From IMG/VR virus record IMGVR_UViG_2693429677_000014, positions 1 to 10,757 of that record: 10,757 nucleotides of DNA; one strand, 5' to 3'. Below are positions 7,352 to 10,757 of the stretch, in pieces (position 1 is the first letter of the stretch; each line of letters begins with the position of its first letter). The position numbers were made by a program, and so were the translations under genes. A model generated the notes under the pieces. It ran no database searches and was not told where the DNA came from. It saw only the letters and a program-made list of their open reading frames with translations. Source of the DNA: a virus. Lineage: Duplodnaviria > Heunggongvirae > Uroviricota > Caudoviricetes.

Positions 7352-8512
7352 TTACCTCACATTTAAGTAAACCACGTTCACCTCTTGTGCCGTATTTGTG
7401 CCATTGCGACTTATAATCGCATCGATTTTGCTCGCGTGCTCGGTGAGATGCCCGGCTGAAAGGTGGGCGTATCTTTGAACCATTTCGAGAGTTTCCCATC
7501 CTCCCATCTCTTTAAGTGCAAGAAGAGAGACACCGGACTGAACCAGCCAGCTTGCCCAGGTATGCCTCAGGTCATGGAAGCGGAAGTTGCTAATGCCCGC
7601 CCGCTTTAACGCTCCCTTCCATGCCTTGTTGCTGTCGGTTCTCATCTTCCTTACCGCTGCTGTTTTTGTTCCGTCGCTTCGGTAGGCAGGTCTGGTGTGG
7701 ACAAATACCCATCTCTTATGGAGCCCCTGCTGTTTTCTTAATATCTGGCATGCGGTTTCGTTAAGAGGAACTCCGATCGCATTGCCAGCTTTTGTTTCAT
7801 CAGGGTGCATCCATGCCATTTTCTTATCCAGATCGACCTGTGACCACTCAAGGTCTGTAACGTTGGAACGGCGAAGGCCTGTCGTGATTGCAAACATGAC
7901 CACAGGGAAGAAATGAGGAGCAATTTCTGCAAACAGGTGCTTCGATTCCTCCTCTGTAAGCCATCTGATTCGTCCATTCTTAACGCGTGGTGTTGATATT
8001 TTGGGCGCCCTGTCAAGCCATCCCCATTCAACAGCTATATTGAGAATAGCGCGAAGTATTGCCAGATGCCGCGTCTTCGTTCCTTTGCTTGCCAGCTTTG
8101 GTTTATACTCCGGCACTGGCTTGCCAAGCCGCAAACACCTGTCCCGGCTCATCTCCCAGTTCAGGCGATGGCGGCGGTTTTCCATCCCGTCTACCGCCTC
8201 CATTATTTTTTCTGTTGTTATGTTAGAGAGAATGGTTTCTCTGAAGTGCAACATCCAGAACGATATAATGCTCTTGTCATCATCAATGGACTTCTTATCC
8301 GATTTCTCACGCAGCCACCGTATGCAGGCTTCCTTGAATAGCTTTTTCGGTGATTCCCCGAGATTTTTTACTCTCCACGCTTCTGCTTTCAGACGATCGT
8401 GAAATTCTTGCGCTTGCCTTTTGTCCGATATTTTAAGTGAGCGTCTAACTCTTGATCCATCTGGCGCGACGAAATCGCAGTGCCACGTGCCACCGCGTAG
8501 TTTGATTGACAT
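7352..8512 (-). CDS. int: Tyrosine site-specific integrase, lambdoid IntF/IntD (HK620/Sf6/SfV) family
   Basis: ORF track 7352..8512 (386 aa); AGGAGG 8 nt upstream of the ATG; catalytic boxes RFHDLRHTWASW and VQRYAHL; overall resemblance to remembered IntD/IntF-type integrases; 3' end abuts the tRNA-Thr fragment. Confidence 0.9.
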   Translation of the reverse strand: MSIKLRGGTWHCDFVAPDGSRVRRSLKISDKRQAQEFHDRLKAEAWRVKNLGESPKKLFKEACIRWLREKSDKKSIDDDKSIISFWMLHFRETILSNITTEKIMEAVDGMENRRHRLNWEMSRDRCLRLGKPVPEYKPKLASKGTKTRHLAILRAILNIAVEWGWLDRAPKISTPRVKNGRIRWLTEEESKHLFAEIAPHFFPVVMFAITTGLRRSNVTDLEWSQVDLDKKMAWMHPDETKAGNAIGVPLNETACQILRKQQGLHKRWVFVHTRPAYRSDGTKTAAVRKMRTDSNKAWKGALKRAGISNFRFHDLRHTWASWLVQSGVSLLALKEMGGWETLEMVQRYAHLSAGHLTEHASKIDAIISRNGTNTAQEVNVVYLNVR

Positions 8513-8687
8513 GCTTTAACCTCCTGCACATCAACCGCATTCACCGCGCTATTGTGTCTTACAGACTTAAGCGCCGCAATGCAGTCTGACTTGCAAATGC
8601 GATATGGGCTTTTAGGTTTATCTGGATTTATCTTTGCGGCCTGAAGTCGTCCACTTCGTATCCACTGCGTGATAGTGTCTTTGTCTA
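8389..8687 (-). pseudogene. Excisionase-family (AlpA/Xis-like) HTH DNA-binding protein, 5' end cut by IS911; reading frame overlaps the integrase start
   Basis: Minus-strand translation from the IS911 boundary: ...IDKDTITQWIRSGRLQAAKINPDKPKSPYRICKSDCIAALKS..., fitting the excisionase-family winged-helix pattern; no start codon in the flank, first helix missing; frame runs through the integrase RBS and ATG to a stop at 8389. Confidence 0.5.
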
Positions 8688-8759
8688 TGTAGTGGCACAC
8701 TGAATTTGGCCACCTGAACAGAGGTGATATGCTCACCTCAGAACAACACAGGTGCTCCA

Positions 8760-9930
<1,171 letters not shown>

Positions 9931-9968
9931 CCACTACAAATTGGCGACGTTAGCGTTACAGATATTAA

Positions 9969-10757
<789 letters not shown>

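Noticed and set aside
7695-8402. ORFs 7695..7916 (+), 7738..8031 (-), 8001..8402 (+), 8066..8341 (+)
   Set aside because: Overlap the integrase CDS in other frames or on the other strand; the integrase has RBS and catalytic motifs, these do not.
8724-8759. Upstream in-frame ATG at 8724 as IS911 orfA start ([15 protein letters not shown]...)
   Set aside because: IS911 OrfA is known to begin [10 protein letters not shown]...; the 12-codon extension is most likely untranslated leader.

Overview
This window is a mosaic of mobile-element remnants with a defence-island character; nothing in it looks like core housekeeping DNA. All calls rest on reading the sequence and on remembered protein families; no searches were run. 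Left to right: (1) an e14/Mu-like prophage tail module on the minus strand (side tail fibre StfP N-terminal part running off the window start, YmfQ-like DUF2313 protein), with a 164-bp perfect direct repeat of the tail-collar segment and two Hin/Gin/Pin-type crossover sites; (2) a Pin-type DNA invertase gene cut off after about 40 codons; (3) a GmrSD-family (DUF262 + DUF1524) putative type IV restriction enzyme, with a hairpin between it and the pin remnant; (4) a frameshifted 3' remnant of a umuC-like gene; (5) a strongly AT-rich, translationally coupled three-gene operon (ParA/MinD-type ATPase, then 132-aa and 221-aa proteins I cannot place in any family), which is my best candidate for an undescribed system; (6) a 46-nt 3' fragment of tRNA-Thr(CGU) (att-site duplicate) directly abutting an IntF/IntD-like tyrosine integrase, preceded by an excisionase-like gene whose 5' end is cut by IS911; (7) an IS911 copy with intact orfA but frameshifted orfB, the frame break sitting on a perfect 20-bp inverted repeat; (8) the 3' part of a P4-like integrase carrying two in-frame nonsense codons. 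No rRNA, intact tRNA or CRISPR array was seen.
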